A model generated the notes under the pieces. It did no database searches. It was not told the DNA's origin and worked only from the letters and a program-made list of their open reading frames with translations. From IMG/VR virus record IMGVR_UViG_3300046513_000134, positions 1 to 64,000 of that record: a stretch of 64,000 bases of DNA. One strand, 5' to 3'. The stretch's first letter is position 1. Every line of letters begins with the position of its first letter. A program made the position numbers and the translations under genes. Positions 60,767 to 64,000 of the stretch are shown here, in pieces. The stretch comes from a virus.

Positions 60767-61411
60767 CTACTCCTCCGGGATTATCTCCACGAGGGTGAGG
60801 GGCGGCCAGTGGCTGTCGTCTTGATAATCTTCTGGAATTGGGTCGGCGTCTTTCAAGGTCCGGGCTGCGAAGATGTGGGCTTTCTTCCATGCCAAGGCGG
60901 TCTTTCCAAACGCGAACATCATATGGGCGTCCATGGCCAGCTTGGAGTTGTCGGCAGCGATCCATTCAAAGTCTTCGTCAGGATCGGCCCAACGCAGGTT
61001 GCCCTCTTCCGCCCCAGCCATAATCGCGGCCAAGGCGAGTGTCGCGGCTCCGGCGATGTCCTCGCGGTTGGCAGGTGCTGACTGGAATATCTTGCCGCCG
61101 AAGACGACGCCGATGCTGATCCGTTTGTCGCGCTCGACATCGACGTCAGAGGCGCTTGGGCCTAGTGGTTCAGGCTCTGGCTCCATACCCAAATCTTCAG
61201 GCTTAATGTACCCCCAGCGCTGCAGGGCGAAGTCAAACACCCGCAGATTACCGGGGTACTCGTCGGGAGGCGCGATGAAGGTGGCGTTGCTCGGCAGGAG
61301 CCACACACCTTCGTCCAGTTCAGCGGGGTTCTCCAGAGGGTCAGGGTCTGCATAGCCGAAGCCGATGAAGAACTTGTAGGTAGGGTCCACGTTATAGACG
61401 AGCTTGCTCAT
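60767..61411 (-). CDS. Tail fibre assembly / DUF4376-like protein
   Basis: ADPDPLE....WLLP.NAT..APP; VD.ERD.RI..G...FQS...F.WIAADN. Confidence 0.8.
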   Translation of the reverse strand: MSKLVYNVDPTYKFFIGFGYADPDPLENPAELDEGVWLLPSNATFIAPPDEYPGNLRVFDFALQRWGYIKPEDLGMEPEPEPLGPSASDVDVERDKRISIGVVFGGKIFQSAPANREDIAGAATLALAAIMAGAEEGNLRWADPDEDFEWIAADNSKLAMDAHMMFAFGKTALAWKKAHIFAARTLKDADPIPEDYQDDSHWPPLTLVEIIPEE

Positions 61412-61420
61412 GATGGCCTC

Positions 61421-62485
61421 TTAATAGCGAATGCAGGCGAGGAGGGCGACGTTACGCGGGCGGGTTTCCGCGCCACCGGCAGCGGCGATCGAGATGCCGG
61501 TTCCAGCCCCGTAGATGCCGATACCCGTACCCGCAGCGGCTGTACCTGCGGTAATGTCTTTACCGTAACCGGGGTTACCGTCGAGCGAACCGTTTCTGTT
61601 ACCGTCAACCAAATAACGGGTATAGTTGTGGGCGTGACCGGGGTCATAGACCGAGTGGGCATGCGTCGGGTCTGAAACGCCGTGGTTGTGGCTGGCGAAC
61701 AGATGGGCCTGCAGTGACCCGAAGACACGGGATGCATCCACGCCACGCGCGTCGTCCCAGCCGCGAATGAACTCGCCACGCAGATCAGGAACGTTGAAGG
61801 TCGTGCTACCGTCCCCGACGCCGTAGGTCGTTCCTACCTGTGTGTACAGGGCCGCGTAGGTGGTTCGGCTGATGGCTGCGCCGTTGCACTTCAGCCAGCC
61901 AGTCGGAGGCGTGCTACGGGCGAACCAAGCGACCTGTGACGGGTCGCCGGCCGATACCGGTGCCGCGAAGACGTAGGCGACGCCAGCATTATCCGTGACG
62001 ACAATGATCGTCTGCCCGGCAACAACCGCGAGGTTGGAGCCCGAGCCGGTGACGATGTTCGCACCATTGGTGATCGTCAGAGACCCGGAGAAGCGCACGT
62101 ACTTGACGGCGTTTGCCCGAGTGCCGAAGGACGAGATCGCGGTAGTCCCCGAAATTATCACATGCTCGGTAGTGGTCGCCATGATGTCGGTGGTCGTGGC
62201 CGAGGCGACCGTCGTCTCTGGCCGGTGGTTGGTCAGATCCGGTATCCACTTGTGCGTGGTCGGATCGACGGTGCCGAGCAGCAAGTCGGCTGCCCCGTCG
62301 TAGCTTTTCATCAACCACTGCGCCGCAGCCGTGTCCAGCCACGTCTGGCCGGTCTGGATGTAACTGGGTCGCGCGGTCCCCGAGTGCGTCGTAGCAAGCG
62401 CCGTCCTGAAGCTGCCAATGATAGCGGCCAGCGCGGTGCCGGTTGTCGTGGTGGGGTTGATAGTGCTGAAATCGTACTGGCTCAT
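61421..62485 (-). CDS. Tail fibre protein with collar domain
   Basis: PTGWLKCNGAAISRTTYAALY...GDGSTTFNVPDLRGEFIRGWD...ETRPRNVALLACIRY. Confidence 0.92.
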   Translation of the reverse strand: MSQYDFSTINPTTTTGTALAAIIGSFRTALATTHSGTARPSYIQTGQTWLDTAAAQWLMKSYDGAADLLLGTVDPTTHKWIPDLTNHRPETTVASATTTDIMATTTEHVIISGTTAISSFGTRANAVKYVRFSGSLTITNGANIVTGSGSNLAVVAGQTIIVVTDNAGVAYVFAAPVSAGDPSQVAWFARSTPPTGWLKCNGAAISRTTYAALYTQVGTTYGVGDGSTTFNVPDLRGEFIRGWDDARGVDASRVFGSLQAHLFASHNHGVSDPTHAHSVYDPGHAHNYTRYLVDGNRNGSLDGNPGYGKDITAGTAAAGTGIGIYGAGTGISIAAAGGAETRPRNVALLACIRY

Positions 62486-64000
62486 CTCTTCACTCCGTAG
62501 CCGACCGCCGTGTAGTCGAAGGTGCGGCTGATTGCCGTCCCGACACTGTTATAATAACGGATGGTGAAGCCGTTCTCCGACTTCGCCGTGATCGCCGCAC
62601 GGTCCCCGGTGGCCATGTCTTGGCTTGCCATCGAGAGACCCGTGAGGCCCTTAAACGGTGGGTCGAAGACGACGGTAAGCCCGCCTGTGGGAACCACTAG
62701 GTCATTTCCTGCTATGATGCGGTCAGGCATGTCAACGGTGACGTTGAGGGTACGGAGCACGGGCGTAACCGCAGGGTCGTACGAGATCAGCTTGGCGCGG
62801 AACTTGATCGCCCTGAAATTAACGTCGCGGGTGATGAACGGCACCCATTCAGACCACGTCGGCTGGGACGTGATTAGTTCGGCCGCCCGGGTTACCGTTG
62901 CCGTGGTGGTCGGAATGATCGACGTTGGAGTAAGCCCTGTCTCAAGCTGGTAGTCAGAGAGGCGGCAAGCAAGCAAGCCGACCGTCCCGGCGTAAGCCTG
63001 TGCGTTGGCTACGGCGCAAGGGAAAACCCCGACGCGGGTATTGTTGGCCGCGCCTCCGGGGGACGGAGTGCCGCTAACCCAACAACGGAATAGGCCGTTA
63101 CCTAGTTTCTGGACGCCGCATTGCCCGTTAGTAGCGGTACCCAGCGCTGTCTTGAACGTGACGGTAGGGTTGTTAGGGTCGGTCAAGTCAAAGTTGGCCG
63201 CGACTTGGTTGGATAAGATTTCGTCCCATATAAAAAGCTGAAACAGCTTTCGACCTTCGGGGTCGATGACGCAAGAGAAACAGCTCGCGATGTTGGATAC
63301 CCGTGAGATGTTGGCCGCATAGAGTGCTTTGCTGGCATTGGTTGTCGAACTTTCGGTGATTTCCATCATGTTGGTGACGCCGTCAACGCTCTTGCGCGTT
63401 CCTACGGCAAAGGTCGCCGTTGTCGATTGCTTAGTCCAGAAAGCATTGGTGAAATCCCTTGACCAGAGCATGTAGTTCGTCTTGGCCTGCTCATCCAACA
63501 GCACTGGTGCGGCCAGCAGGTCGGCAGGGTTGAAGTTGTAGCGCGGGGCGTTAGCGGCCGCCGTCTTCAGGATGCCATCGGCGTCGAAGTAGGTTCCGGT
63601 CGAAGTGCGAGTTACAACGGCAGTCGGACTGTCCAGTGTCGTGGCATATTCGAGGGCGAAGTTCCACGCGTCGGAGGAAGCCGTCGAGAGCGCGTCCACC
63701 GTGGACAGCGACGCCCACTTGTCGATCGTGTCGCGGCTGTCGAGGCCGAAGACTTCGATGGATGCCGTCAGGCGGGACGTGTATTCATCCCCAAGGTCCA
63801 CGACCGTCGCGAAACTATAAACGCCAACCCCCGGGAAAGCCCCGCCAAAGGGCGTCAATTGCAAGTCGCCCAGCACCACCTGTGAATTGCCCTTGGCTCC
63901 AGAGAAAGTGGGGGCTTCGATCAGATCGACCACGGCGTTGCGGGCGGCGGCGGTGACCGTGTTGATCACCATGGCGACGCCGTCCGAGTAGGTCCCGACA
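62482..64000 (-). CDS. Tail tip / host-specificity (J-like) protein, 3' part
   Basis: Frame open to the window edge; VDLG..YTSR, WSEW.PF......R..KFR, VDMPDR. Confidence 0.75.
   Translation of the reverse strand, partial: VGTYSDGVAMVINTVTAAARNAVVDLIEAPTFSGAKGNSQVVLGDLQLTPFGGAFPGVGVYSFATVVDLGDEYTSRLTASIEVFGLDSRDTIDKWASLSTVDALSTASSDAWNFALEYATTLDSPTAVVTRTSTGTYFDADGILKTAAANAPRYNFNPADLLAAPVLLDEQAKTNYMLWSRDFTNAFWTKQSTTATFAVGTRKSVDGVTNMMEITESSTTNASKALYAANISRVSNIASCFSCVIDPEGRKLFQLFIWDEILSNQVAANFDLTDPNNPTVTFKTALGTATNGQCGVQKLGNGLFRCWVSGTPSPGGAANNTRVGVFPCAVANAQAYAGTVGLLACRLSDYQLETGLTPTSIIPTTTATVTRAAELITSQPTWSEWVPFITRDVNFRAIKFRAKLISYDPAVTPVLRTLNVTVDMPDRIIAGNDLVVPTGGLTVVFDPPFKGLTGLSMASQDMATGDRAAITAKSENGFTIRYYNSVGTAISRTFDYTAVGYGVKR

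Noticed and set aside
1-64000. Integrase/att site, DNA polymerase, capsid or terminase genes, Ro60/Rsr
   Set aside because: No ORF with the corresponding motifs was recognised in this window; lifestyle and head module cannot be judged

Overview
A 64-kb segment of a large tailed dsDNA phage genome. It is GC-rich, and essentially every credible gene lies on the minus strand with tight ATGA-type coupling. The host is probably an alphaproteobacterium (Rhizobiales-like), based on the apparent absence of GANTC and the XRE/Arc protein types. In transcription order (high to low coordinates): tail tip/fibre genes (60.8-64 kb); lysis cassette with SAR-type endolysin, holin-like genes and overlapping spanins (57.7-60.7 kb); replication/recombination operon with AAA ATPase, initiator, degenerate DnaC-like loader, DnaB, RNase H, primase, SSB, SF2 helicase, RecA, Hjc-like, Cas4-like and RuvC-like nucleases (42-57.6 kb); an accessory fibre module with an SGNH esterase and an 1885-aa repeat protein (30-38.8 kb); about 60 small early-type genes driven by a repeated promoter family (9-30 kb), including an iteron-rich, possibly terminal region (15-18.3 kb); and an amino-sugar/glycosyltransferase operon running off the left edge (1-4.7 kb). 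Most notable: (1) a ~500-nt structured non-coding region directly downstream of a 248-aa helical protein, holding a permuted tRNA mimic with Y RNA (YrlA) architecture, a second Y-like RNA that encloses a normal-order cloverleaf, and a pseudoknot domain, with no Ro60/Rsr gene in the window; (2) 17 copies of the palindrome TGCAA-N4-TTGCA spread across the window, many inside genes; (3) a shared terminal peptide KL(V/I)FK in unrelated proteins; (4) a putative amino-sugar modification operon led by stand-alone RapZ-C-like and RarA-C-like genes. All family calls come from motif recognition by eye; no database search was run.
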